From the NCBI GenBank assembly GCA_050253415.1, contig JBFWJC010000002.1, positions 288,001 through 352,000 on the forward strand: a stretch of DNA of 64,000 nt, read 5' to 3'. A model generated the notes under the pieces. That model did no database searches, had not been told where the DNA came from, and worked only from the letters and a program-made list of their open reading frames with translations. Each line of letters begins with the position of its first letter. Position 1 is the first letter of the stretch. The stretch comes from Pedobacter sp. (GTDB lineage: Bacteria > Desulfobacterota > Desulfuromonadia > Desulfuromonadales > Syntrophotaleaceae). Below, one piece after another: positions 1 through 8,919 of the stretch. Position numbers and translations under genes: made by a program.

Positions 1-2
1 GG

Positions 3-410
3 TTTGTCGGCGTTACCGGCCATGAAAACCCGGACATTCTGTTGCAGGCTTTCGACCTGTACGATTTCGACACGGTACTGATGCCGGTCAATCCGGCTGA
101 GCCGGCCTGGGCCAGTTTCCCCGAAAAGGTATTGCCCGAAGCCGAAGTCCGCGGCATGGGTATTGTCGGCATGAAGGTGCTGTGTCGCGGCTTCGGTCTG
201 CAACTGCCCGGTTTGCAGACCCCCGTCCCCTGGTTGCGCTATGCACTCGCGCAGGGCGTTTCGACCATGGTCATAGGCTGCGACGATCCGCTGCAGCTGG
301 AGCAAAATATCGCCGCCTGCAACGAGCCGCCCATGACCGCGAGCGAGTGCCGCAAACTGGAGGCTGCGGTGGCACCTTGGGCGCGGAAACTCATGTACTA
401 TAAACCGTAA
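3..410 (+). CDS. Aldo/keto reductase family protein, C-terminal part (truncated by window start)
   Basis: Frame open from base 3: FVGVTGH...FDTVLMPVN...GMGIVGMK...LRYALAQ...MVIGC, typical AKR C-terminal motifs; stop TAA at 408-410. Confidence 0.8.
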   Translation, partial: FVGVTGHENPDILLQAFDLYDFDTVLMPVNPAEPAWASFPEKVLPEAEVRGMGIVGMKVLCRGFGLQLPGLQTPVPWLRYALAQGVSTMVIGCDDPLQLEQNIAACNEPPMTASECRKLEAAVAPWARKLMYYKP

Positions 411-460
411 GCAAGTTGTCAGCTGTAAGCCGTCAGTCGTCAGCTGGGAGCTGGGAGCTA
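408..460 (+). repeat. Degenerate heptamer array (GTAAGC/GTCAGC/TGGGAGC-type units) directly after stop codon
   Basis: 7-nt periodic units gtcagct gtaagcc gtcagtc gtcagct gggagct gggagct; reverse complement contains the GCTCCCA and GCTTACA units seen at 59777-59902. Confidence 0.65.
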
Positions 461-569
461 AGATATTTCTCGCGCAAGTCGTTAGTTAGTCAGATATATA
501 ACCCCTTCCATCCCCTGGCCAGTCCTGCTAAAATCCGGCTATTCATTTTCATTAACCAAGGGATCAAAA

Positions 570-1235
570 ATGTTCAAGCGTTGGGCGTATCGGATTCTGT
601 GTATCTGTTTTTTGATCTGTATTTTTACCGGGGGATATTGTTGGGCCGCCGAACCAACCCTGCAACGGGATATCGAGGATCTTGAGGCGCGTATCGCTGC
701 GTATGTGCCGGACAGTGCCTACCGGGATGACCGTTTCGGTTTGATCGTGGTTAAGCAAGCTATCGTCAGTCTCAAGGCAGGTTCGGGGGGCATCGGTGCG
801 TGTCTGGTGGATGCCAAAACCGGCAAGGTGGTCGAAAAAGGCCGCAATCGCCAATACAACCCCTATTTTCGCAGCGATATGCATGCGGAAATGGATCTGC
901 TGAACCGCTACGAGGATCGCCTGCGAAAGCAGGGGGGCTCCAATTCCACCAACGATCCGCGTCAGTGCGGTGACCTGATTCTGTTCACTTCCACCGAGCC
1001 CTGTCCCATGTGCCTGACCCGCATTATCAACTCCGGCATCAAGCATATGTATTATCTCAATCCGGACATGGACGGGGGGATGGCGCATCGTATGGAGCAT
1101 TTGCCCAAGTTCTGGCGTGATTTTGCCGCCGATCGCGATTTTCGTCAGGCGGAATGTTCCCCGGCTCTTAAAACAATTGCCGAGGATCTGTTCCGCTATT
1201 CCGTACGTTCCTTTGCCAGAAACAACCCCCACTGA
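570..1235 (+). CDS. Zn-dependent nucleoside/nucleobase deaminase (CDA superfamily) with predicted N-terminal signal peptide
   Basis: HAE (DMHAEM) and PCxxC (EPCPMC) motifs; basic-hydrophobic N-terminus ending CWA|AEP. Confidence 0.85.
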   Translation: MFKRWAYRILCICFLICIFTGGYCWAAEPTLQRDIEDLEARIAAYVPDSAYRDDRFGLIVVKQAIVSLKAGSGGIGACLVDAKTGKVVEKGRNRQYNPYFRSDMHAEMDLLNRYEDRLRKQGGSNSTNDPRQCGDLILFTSTEPCPMCLTRIINSGIKHMYYLNPDMDGGMAHRMEHLPKFWRDFAADRDFRQAECSPALKTIAEDLFRYSVRSFARNNPH

Positions 1236-1483
1236 CGGTTCTCAAGCAAAAAAGGGGGGGGCGGCAACGCCCAGAGTTTTTTCTGCATCCGCGCGTCTTC
1301 CAACTTTTCCGTGTAAACCAAGTGCCTCATCTTTCGTCTAAACTATCAAAAGAACCCGACTTACTTTACTACCCCTGATAATCGGTCCGAATCCCGGTTG
1401 AAATTTACGGATATCGGCCCGAGGGGAAAGCGCAGGTTGCGTGGATAGCACCATTGATGCTGGCACCTGCAGGGAGATAAACC

Positions 1484-2593
1484 ATGAGATGGATGGCACT
1501 GGCATTCACGGTAATGCTGACAACTTTATTCGGGGCAGGGGTGGTCTTCGCACAGACTGTCGCCACTCTGGATGAGCCGGAACAGATGGCCATGTCGGAT
1601 ACTTTGCAATACGCCTTGGAGAATAATCCGAGCAACGAGGTTTCCAACTGGGTGAACCCCGATACCGGCCGTTCCGGGGCGGTGGTGCCGGTGAAGACCT
1701 ATACCAACGAGGCGGGTCTGCCGTGCCGCGAATTTGTCACCACGATCGTTATCGGCGGCAAAGAAGAGCAGGGTTATGGCACCGCCTGCCGTCAACCGGA
1801 TGGCTCGTGGCAGATCGTGACCGATGGGCAGGATACCGTTGCACCGGAACCCCCGGCCAGCGTTTATGTTTATACACCGCCGGAACGCTATGTCTATGTC
1901 TACCCCGACATGTACTACAATTACCCGTCGAGTTTTTATTATCCGTACAATATCTTCCTCAGTTTCAGCTATGTCTATCGCAGCGGGTATGTACATTACG
2001 GTGCCTATTACCTGGATGGCCCGAGTTTCCGCCACCGTTATCCGGTGCATGTGCGTTCGCGGATTTATGTGGGCCCAAGGATATTCTCCCATCATCGCTG
2101 GTTTTATCGTCCCGCGGTGCACTATCGCCATGTTGTGCGGCCGCCGGTTCATCGTGATCGGTATGAATACCGTAACCGGGACGCCACCAGGCCTGTCTAT
2201 CGCGAACGGCAGGAATATCGCCAACGCCAGATTCTTCAACATCAGGATCATATCCGTCAGGACCCGCGCCGACAGCCTGCAACAAATGTAGAACGTCAGC
2301 GCCAGATCCAGCGAAATCAGGACCGGGACCGTCGGGACCAGCGCCGACAACCTGCAGCGAATGTGGAACGTCATCGCCAGGTCCAGCGCGAGCAAAATCG
2401 CGTCCAGGTGCAGCCGCGGCAACAACGGCAACCCGGGGCGAATGTTGAGCGGACGCAGCCCAGGACTTATCAACGTGCTCCTTTGACCCAGACACGTGAA
2501 AGACAACAGGTGAACAGGGAAGCCGGCACGTCTCGTCATGACAGCACGCGGCAGGGACAAGACCACTACGAAGGGAGGCAGCGCAGTCGTTAG
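1484..2593 (+). CDS. Exported protein: 17-kDa surface-antigen-like (RT0821/Lpp0805-like) domain plus Tyr-rich and Arg/Gln-rich low-complexity tail
   Basis: Signal peptide (VFA|QT); WVNPDTG...CREF...GTACRQPDGSWQIV motif; GGAG RBS upstream; RQP..NVER repeats in the tail. Confidence 0.75.
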   Translation: MRWMALAFTVMLTTLFGAGVVFAQTVATLDEPEQMAMSDTLQYALENNPSNEVSNWVNPDTGRSGAVVPVKTYTNEAGLPCREFVTTIVIGGKEEQGYGTACRQPDGSWQIVTDGQDTVAPEPPASVYVYTPPERYVYVYPDMYYNYPSSFYYPYNIFLSFSYVYRSGYVHYGAYYLDGPSFRHRYPVHVRSRIYVGPRIFSHHRWFYRPAVHYRHVVRPPVHRDRYEYRNRDATRPVYRERQEYRQRQILQHQDHIRQDPRRQPATNVERQRQIQRNQDRDRRDQRRQPAANVERHRQVQREQNRVQVQPRQQRQPGANVERTQPRTYQRAPLTQTRERQQVNREAGTSRHDSTRQGQDHYEGRQRSR

Positions 2594-2822
2594 CGGCTGA
2601 CATCCAGCCTGGATCCGTACGCTGAAAACGATCCTCGGATTGAAATCGCCCGACCGGCATGCCCGGTCGGGCGATCTTGTATGGGCTTTGTAACCGGATG
2701 TCTCCCTTCCTGGGTAAATATTTTCATTTTTTTTACACAGTTCCTCCATATTGACATGATATCTCTTTGCCTTAAGAACACTCGCGATCACTAACATCAT
2801 TTATCGTGCTGAGGCATAGACT

Positions 2823-3530
2823 ATGGATAATCCCGCTTTCCATGGAAAGAGTATCTGGGTTCTCGCACACCAGAATCAACCGGACCCGTCCGTCCTGGAA
2901 GATCTGATGGTGGGAGGCTATCAACTGCAACCGGTCGCTATTCGTAAGAGTTCCACATTGCATCCGCCGCTGGGCACCGACTTGGCGCTTTTGGATCTGG
3001 CCGCCTCGACCCAGGACGCCATGACAGCGATTATGCGTCTGCGGGAGGATTATCAAGGACCGCTGGCGGTGCTGGACGAGCACCCTAATGAAAGGCGTCA
3101 TATTCTGGCCCTTGAAATCGGGGCGGACGATTACCTGCAAAAGCCTGTCAGCTCCACTATGCTGTCGGCGCGCATCGAAGCTTTGCTGCGCCGTTACCAG
3201 TTCACGGACGTCGCGCCCCATGCTGTCATTAATCTGGGAGACCTCGCCATCGACGCTGCGCGCAGGGAGGTAACTCACGCAGGGCGGATTATTCCGTTAA
3301 CGACCGTTGAATTCAAACTTCTCTGGCATCTTGCCACGCATGCGGGATCGATTGTCAGTCGTAACGATATCCATATGGCCCTTTACAATCGGGAATATAA
3401 CGGCATCGACCGTTCTGTCGACATGTACATTTCCAGGGTCCGAAAAAAATTGAACGACAATCCCGCCAACCCCAAGCTGCTCAAAACGATACGGGGCGAC
3501 GGTTACCTGCTCGTTTCCTCCGCAACTTGA
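2823..3530 (+). CDS. OmpR/RstA-like response regulator with atypical receiver domain
   Basis: GADDYLQKP, LTTVEFKLL, RSVDMYISRVRKKL, KTIRGDGY winged-helix motifs; lacks N-terminal acidic pair. Confidence 0.85.
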   Translation: MDNPAFHGKSIWVLAHQNQPDPSVLEDLMVGGYQLQPVAIRKSSTLHPPLGTDLALLDLAASTQDAMTAIMRLREDYQGPLAVLDEHPNERRHILALEIGADDYLQKPVSSTMLSARIEALLRRYQFTDVAPHAVINLGDLAIDAARREVTHAGRIIPLTTVEFKLLWHLATHAGSIVSRNDIHMALYNREYNGIDRSVDMYISRVRKKLNDNPANPKLLKTIRGDGYLLVSSAT

Positions 3531-3548
3531 ATGTTTTTTATGGCCAAT

Positions 3549-3578
3549 AAAACAGGGGGCTTTGCGTCCCCCTGTTTT
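3549..3578 (+). terminator. Intrinsic terminator-like hairpin
   Basis: aaaacaggggg-ctttgcgt-ccccctgtttt inverted repeat after the regulator stop. Confidence 0.65.
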
Positions 3579-3740
3579 GGTCTTGTCGCGTCCATACCCA
3601 TCCCGTCTTTGCGCGTCGTTTACCCCTTAAACCTTGCATTTAATTTCCCAGCTGCGCTAGATTAATGCAGGCATTGCCCAGAGATGTTTTCCCTGGCATG
3701 TGACTGTATCTATTCAATTTTCTATGGGGGGGTATCATTT

Positions 3741-5111
3741 ATGCCGATCCGTTGGGATGTCAGGGAACATCTGTCCCTGGGAAAATACGTAACTCGCTGG
3801 TTTCTCATGACTTTGCCGGTCGCAGCCCTGGTGGGATCTGCTGTGGCGCTGTTTTTGTGGCTGCTTCATGAAGCTACGGTGCTGCGCTGGGAGTTCCCCT
3901 GGTTGGTTTACTTTTTACCGTTGGCCGGCATCGCCATCGTTGTGACCTATACCCGCTACGGTAAAAATTCCGAAGGGGGCAACAATCTGGTGATGGAGCA
4001 GATTCACCAACCGGGCGGCGGCATTCCCTTGCGTATGACGCCGCTGGTCCTGCTCGGCACCGTCATCACTCACCTGTTCGGCGGTTCGGCCGGACGAGAA
4101 GGTACCGCAGTCCAGATGGGCGGCAGTATCGCCCAGGTATTCGTTTCTCCGTTCCGACTCAATGAGGGGGATACCCGGATCCTGCTTTCCGCAGGGGTGG
4201 CGGCCGGTTTCGGGGCCGTTTTTGGTACGCCGCTGACCGGTGCGATTTTCGCACTGGAGGTGTTGGCGCTTGGGAGCATGCGTTACAATGCCCTGCTTCC
4301 CTGTCTTATGGCCAGCGTCATGGGGGATTTTTTCTGCACGGCCTGGGGCATCGGTCATACCCAGTATCACATCGGTAATGCGGCTATGCAGATCGTTCTG
4401 CCCGACTTTCATATCGATCCATTGTTGGCGGGCAAAATCATCCTGGCATCGGTGGCGTTCGGTCTGGCAGGTTTCTTTTTCGCCGAGCTTACGCATACCT
4501 TTCAGAGGATCTTCAAGCAGTTGGTCAAAGTCTATTGGCTGCGCCCCGTTGTCGGTGCGGCTCTGGTGCTTGGTATTACCTGGATGCTCGGTACCCGTGA
4601 CTATCTGGGTATCGGAGTGACTACCGCCACGGGCGAGGGCGTCTCCATCGTGAATGCTTTTACCGCCGGTGGGGCAACTTACTGGAGCTGGTTCTGGAAG
4701 CTGTTGTTGACGGCTATTACCTTAAGTGCCGGCTTCAAGGGCGGCGAGGTGACGCCGCTGTTTTTTGTCGGTGCCACCCTCGGTGCGGCGCTGGCGAATT
4801 TACTCGGTGTACCGGTGGATCTGCTGGCCGGGATCGGCTTTATCGCCGTGTTCGCCGGGGCCACCAACACCCCTCTGGCCTGTACCATCATGGGTGTAGA
4901 ACTGTTCGGTTCGCAATACTTGATCTATTTCGCCACCGGTTGCTTCTTTGCTTACCTGTTCAGCGGTCATTCCGGTATTTATCTGTCGCAACGCATCGGC
5001 TTTGCCAAGGGTAATCATTTGGAACACGGCGATGAGAGTTGTCTGCGCAGCATTCGCGAAGATCGGTCGTCGTTGTTTTCAAATCTGTTTAAGCCAAAGG
5101 ATCGTTCATAA
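3741..5111 (+). CDS. CLC family anion transporter, CLC-F (fluoride/H+ antiporter) type
   Basis: GNNLV, GREGT and GEVTP motifs characteristic of the CLC-F clade; multiple TM helices; ATG at 3741 preferred over 3684. Confidence 0.85.
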   Translation: MPIRWDVREHLSLGKYVTRWFLMTLPVAALVGSAVALFLWLLHEATVLRWEFPWLVYFLPLAGIAIVVTYTRYGKNSEGGNNLVMEQIHQPGGGIPLRMTPLVLLGTVITHLFGGSAGREGTAVQMGGSIAQVFVSPFRLNEGDTRILLSAGVAAGFGAVFGTPLTGAIFALEVLALGSMRYNALLPCLMASVMGDFFCTAWGIGHTQYHIGNAAMQIVLPDFHIDPLLAGKIILASVAFGLAGFFFAELTHTFQRIFKQLVKVYWLRPVVGAALVLGITWMLGTRDYLGIGVTTATGEGVSIVNAFTAGGATYWSWFWKLLLTAITLSAGFKGGEVTPLFFVGATLGAALANLLGVPVDLLAGIGFIAVFAGATNTPLACTIMGVELFGSQYLIYFATGCFFAYLFSGHSGIYLSQRIGFAKGNHLEHGDESCLRSIREDRSSLFSNLFKPKDRS

Positions 5112-5143
5112 GGTTTTGGGGGAGCTTTTCCCCCAAAAACCTT

Positions 5144-5696
5144 AGTCAAGACCGCGGGGTTGCGCCCCGCCCGTCGCCTTACTCTTTTAAAACGCGTCAA
5201 AAGAGTAAGCAGAAAAGCGCGCCCCTTTCCTTGCCCGCCTGCGGCGGGTGCCCTGTGCTGCGCAACCGTCGGGCGGGCGGAGAAGATTCGCTGCGCTCAG
5301 TCCTCCGCCTGTTTCGCCCGTCGGTCGCTCCGCTCCGGCGGCGTCACAGGGGGAAATCAAAATCAAAAACGAAGACAACCATAAAAGGGTTTATCAAATC
5401 TAGCAACGCCGGTTCCTGCAACAGCTGTGCTGCGAGATGTGCGCATGACCTCTGCTGAAAAATGCGACCTACGAAGATGCGTCGGTTATCATTCGATATT
5501 CCGGTAATTTGACGCAATCAACTTGGCGTCAGACATAACGGCGAAGCCAGATTTTACGTCATTTCTTTGGATACTTTCTTTAGACGGGTAAAGAAAATAT
5601 CCCGGCTGCCGGCCGGGACCGGCGGTGTTGAAGTTAAGGTTTCAAACCCTCCAACAATCAAACACCAACATCAAAACCGCGGGCTCGCACCCCGCG
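5144..5696 (+). repeat. Intergenic structured repeat, copy A (module M1 5144-5356, module M2 ~5389-5640, start of another M1 ~5673-5696)
   Basis: Long near-identical matches to the reverse complement of 11007-11475 and 8536-8843; several internal hairpins. Confidence 0.9.
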
Positions 5697-5813
5697 CAAT
5701 ATAAAGCTTCCCTTCCATCTTTTTGCCCAAAAAACAGGCAATGCCTGTTTTTCAATCTTCGTTATTCTCTCCTCCTTTCATGTAACATGCCGAAAAAACG
5801 CAATATTAAAGGA

Positions 5814-5829
5814 TGGCAGGAGTTTTGCT
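5814..5829 (+). promoter_or_regulatory. Sigma54 (-24/-12) promoter for nifEN
   Basis: TGGCAGGAGTTTTGCT, GG-N10-GC, 55 nt upstream of the nifE ATG. Confidence 0.8.
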
Positions 5830-5884
5830 TTATATAACTCCGTAACATCTGCCCCGTTCTCCCTCCGGGCTTTTTCCCCCTGTC

Positions 5885-7255
5885 ATGAAAAGGAATCAGG
5901 CCTTGGCAAATAAACCGAAAATCCGCGAACTGCTTGATGAGAGTGGTTGTGCACACAACAAGACCAAAACCTCCGGCTGCAATAAGACGGTCCCCGGTGC
6001 CACTACCGGTGGCTGTGCATTTGAGGGGGCGCAGATCTCGTTGTTCCCCTATGCCGATGCCGCTCATCTGGTGCATGGTCCCATAACCTGTGTTGGCGCT
6101 TCCTGGGAAACCCGCTTGACCCGGACCAGTTGGCCGGGCCGCGATTTGACGCAGATGGGGTTTACCACCGGGATCTCCACCAACGACGTGGTGTTTGGCG
6201 GAGAAGAGAAACTGCGGGCATCCATCGACTACATCATCGAGCATTACGCTCCCCAGGCGGTATTTGTCTACAGCACCTGCGTGACCGCCATGATCGGCGA
6301 CGATATCGATGCCGTCTGTCGTCAGGCGCAACAGGACTACGGTATTCCCATGGTACCGGTACATGCGCCGGGGTTTGTCGGCAGCAAGAATCTCGGCAGC
6401 CGTCTGGCCGGCGAAGCGGTGTTGACCAACCTGATCGGCACCCTGGAACCGGAGGTGACGACCCCTTTCGATATCAATCTTATCGGCGACTACAACGTCA
6501 CCGGCGACATGTGGCAGTACACTCCGTTGCTCGATGAACTCGGTATCCGGGTACTGTCCACTCTGAGTGGGGACGGCAGGGTGGCGAATATCCGCACCGC
6601 CCATCGCGCCAAGCTCAATGTGCTGGTCTGCGCCAAGTCGCTGATCTCTTTGCCCCGCAAGTTGCAGGAGAAATACGGTATCCCTTATATCTCGGTATCT
6701 TTCTACGGTAAGCGCGATACCAGTGCCAGTATTCTTGCCATTGCCGAAGCACTGGGCGATGCGGATCTTATCGCTCGTACCCGGCAGTTGATCGCTCGCG
6801 AGGAAGCACGCCTGGAGCAACTGCTCAAGCCTTATGAAGAAGTCTTCCGTGGCAAAAAGGCGGTGTTGAATACCGGCGGCAACAAGTCGTGGTCCATCGC
6901 CTCTGCGTTGCAGGATCTGGGGATCGAGGTGGTGGCGACCTCGGTGAAAAAAGCCACCGAGGCCGACAAGGAAAAGGCCCGTGAATATCTGGGGGATAAT
7001 GGGGTGCTGATGACCAACCCGGGTGCCGAGCAGGCCAAAATTATCGATGAAACCGGTGCCGACTTGCTGCTGGCCGGCGGTCGCAGCCTGTATACGGCCA
7101 TCAAGAAGAAGATCGCGTTTGCCGATGTCAACCAGGAGAAAAAAAAGAGTTACGGCGGTTACGACGGGCTGCTCAACCTGGCCGAAGATTTAAAGAACGC
7201 TTTGGAGAATCAGGTATTTAAAAACGTTGCAAGGAGGGCGCCGTGGGAGAAGTGA
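5885..7255 (+). CDS. nifE: Nitrogenase FeMo-cofactor scaffold subunit NifE
   Basis: GGCAFEGA, HLVHGPITC, YSTCVTAMIGDD, GFVGSKNLG, LNVLVC motifs; ends APWEK. Confidence 0.93.
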   Translation: MKRNQALANKPKIRELLDESGCAHNKTKTSGCNKTVPGATTGGCAFEGAQISLFPYADAAHLVHGPITCVGASWETRLTRTSWPGRDLTQMGFTTGISTNDVVFGGEEKLRASIDYIIEHYAPQAVFVYSTCVTAMIGDDIDAVCRQAQQDYGIPMVPVHAPGFVGSKNLGSRLAGEAVLTNLIGTLEPEVTTPFDINLIGDYNVTGDMWQYTPLLDELGIRVLSTLSGDGRVANIRTAHRAKLNVLVCAKSLISLPRKLQEKYGIPYISVSFYGKRDTSASILAIAEALGDADLIARTRQLIAREEARLEQLLKPYEEVFRGKKAVLNTGGNKSWSIASALQDLGIEVVATSVKKATEADKEKAREYLGDNGVLMTNPGAEQAKIIDETGADLLLAGGRSLYTAIKKKIAFADVNQEKKKSYGGYDGLLNLAEDLKNALENQVFKNVARRAPWEK

Positions 7256-8535
7256 GCCATAAGATCGAAAAACCGCTGCAGGTTAATCCCATCCGGTTGT
7301 CACAGCCCATGGGTGCGGTTCTTGCCTTTCTCGGCATCGACGGCTGCATGCCGCTGATGCATGGCGGGATGGGCTGTACCTCCTTCACCAAGGTGTTTTT
7401 GACCCGCCATTTTTGCGAACCGATCGCCATTCAGACCACGGCGGTTACCGATGTTACCGCGATTCTGGATGGTGGCGACAGCAGCATTGTCGAAGCGGTG
7501 CACAATATCACCAAAAAGGTCACTCCCAGTCTCATCGGCCTGCATACCACCGGTCTTACCGAAACCAAGGGGGATGACATTCGCGGAGCCGCCAAGCAGG
7601 TTGATTTTCCCATCGTTTATGTGAATACCGCCGACTACGAAGGGGGCCTGGAAAGCGGTTGGGGCAAAACGGTCAAGGCCATCATCGAACAACTGGTGGA
7701 AGCCCGTTCGGAGGTTCGGGCCGATAAAGTGGTGCTGTTGCCACATGTTTCCATGCAGCCGATAGAAGTGGAAAAACTCAAGGATTTCATCACTCTGTTC
7801 GGTTTGGAGGTGGTGGCGCTGCCGGACCTGTCCACCTCTCTGGACGGCCACCTGGGGGAGAAGCAGAGTGCCCTGAGCAGCGGCGGCATCAGCGTGGAGG
7901 AAATATGCTCCCTGGGCGATGCGGGTGCGGTGATTTCCATCGGCGCGTCGATGCAATTAAGCGCGGAGGCCTTGCTGAAGAAGAATCCCGCCATGCAGCA
8001 CATCTCGCTTGCCCATGTGCAGGGCTTGGATGCCACCGATACCCTGGTGGAAAAATTGCTGACGTTGACGGGTGCAACACTGCCGCCGCCGAGCGTGGTG
8101 CGCTGGCGCAAACGGTTGCAGGATGTCATGCTGGACAGCCATTTTTCATTGGGACAGACCCGTGTGATGGTAGCCGGGGAACCGGATTTTGTGGCGGGGG
8201 CGTGTCAGTCTTTGTCAGAGGCGGGTGCCCGTATCAGCCTTGTTGTGGCGACGGTGGATTCCCCGCAACTGGAATCCATCGAGGCGGCCAAGGTTATGGT
8301 AGGCGACCTTGAGGATGCTGAAAGGTTGCAGGCCGGATACGATCTTATTATCGGAAATTTTCATACCGAGGCCCTTGCCCACCGGTTCGGTAAGGCTTTG
8401 GTGCTTCGCGGCTTTCCCTGTTGGGAGGTGGTCGGCAACCAATTGAAAAATGATCTGCTGTATGAAGGCGGGGCGTATTTTCTTTGCGAGGCGGCCAATG
8501 CCGCCGAGGCGAAGCGGATGAGCGAGCACGAGTAG
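7243..8535 (+). CDS. nifN: Nitrogenase FeMo-cofactor scaffold subunit NifN
   Basis: NPIRLSQPMGAVLAFLG, HGGMGCTSF, TTGLTETKGDD, DLSTSLDGHL, GDLED motifs; overlaps nifE stop; AAGGAGG RBS. Confidence 0.92.
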   Translation: MGEVSHKIEKPLQVNPIRLSQPMGAVLAFLGIDGCMPLMHGGMGCTSFTKVFLTRHFCEPIAIQTTAVTDVTAILDGGDSSIVEAVHNITKKVTPSLIGLHTTGLTETKGDDIRGAAKQVDFPIVYVNTADYEGGLESGWGKTVKAIIEQLVEARSEVRADKVVLLPHVSMQPIEVEKLKDFITLFGLEVVALPDLSTSLDGHLGEKQSALSSGGISVEEICSLGDAGAVISIGASMQLSAEALLKKNPAMQHISLAHVQGLDATDTLVEKLLTLTGATLPPPSVVRWRKRLQDVMLDSHFSLGQTRVMVAGEPDFVAGACQSLSEAGARISLVVATVDSPQLESIEAAKVMVGDLEDAERLQAGYDLIIGNFHTEALAHRFGKALVLRGFPCWEVVGNQLKNDLLYEGGAYFLCEAANAAEAKRMSEHE

Positions 8536-8843
8536 GGTGGGCAAGGAGTCGGGGAGCCCTCCCCCGGTCTTGAATTTAGGGCTTGAAGCAAGGGCTGACA
8601 TCTCAATACAAAGTTCGCCGGTCCCGGCCGGCAGCCGGGATACTTTCTTTGCCCGTCTAAAGAAAATATCCAAAGAAAGGACGTAAAACCTGGCTTTGCC
8701 GTGATGTCTGGCGCCAGCATTACAACGATAGCTCACCGGAACTGGGAATGACACACGGTTTATCTTCGTAGGTCGCATTTGTCAGCAGAGGTGATGCGCA
8801 TAGCTCGCAGCACAGCTGTTGCAGGAACCGGCGCTGCTGGATT
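8536..8843 (-). repeat. Intergenic structured repeat, copy C (M2 plus truncated M1 start)
   Basis: Reverse complement matches 5397-5625; ends in tcaagaccggggg, similar to the M1 start. Confidence 0.88.
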
Positions 8844-8919
8844 AGGAAAACCGTCTTGTCGCTTGGCTGAAGTCAATGGAACAGCAAATTATCTTATTCG
8901 ATCCCGGAAGGAATGCAAC

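Noticed and set aside
1526..2800. 424-aa minus-strand ORF
   Set aside because: Antisense to the surface protein, which has the signal peptide, RBS and recognisable domain.
5160..5837. Several short ORFs with look-alikes at 8215-8778 and 10946-11511
   Set aside because: They are translations of the non-coding M1/M2 repeat; frames and lengths are not conserved between copies.
5885..8535. Calling these genes nifD/nifK
   Set aside because: Motifs and lengths match the NifE/NifN scaffold (SKNLG, SQPMGA), not the catalytic subunits.
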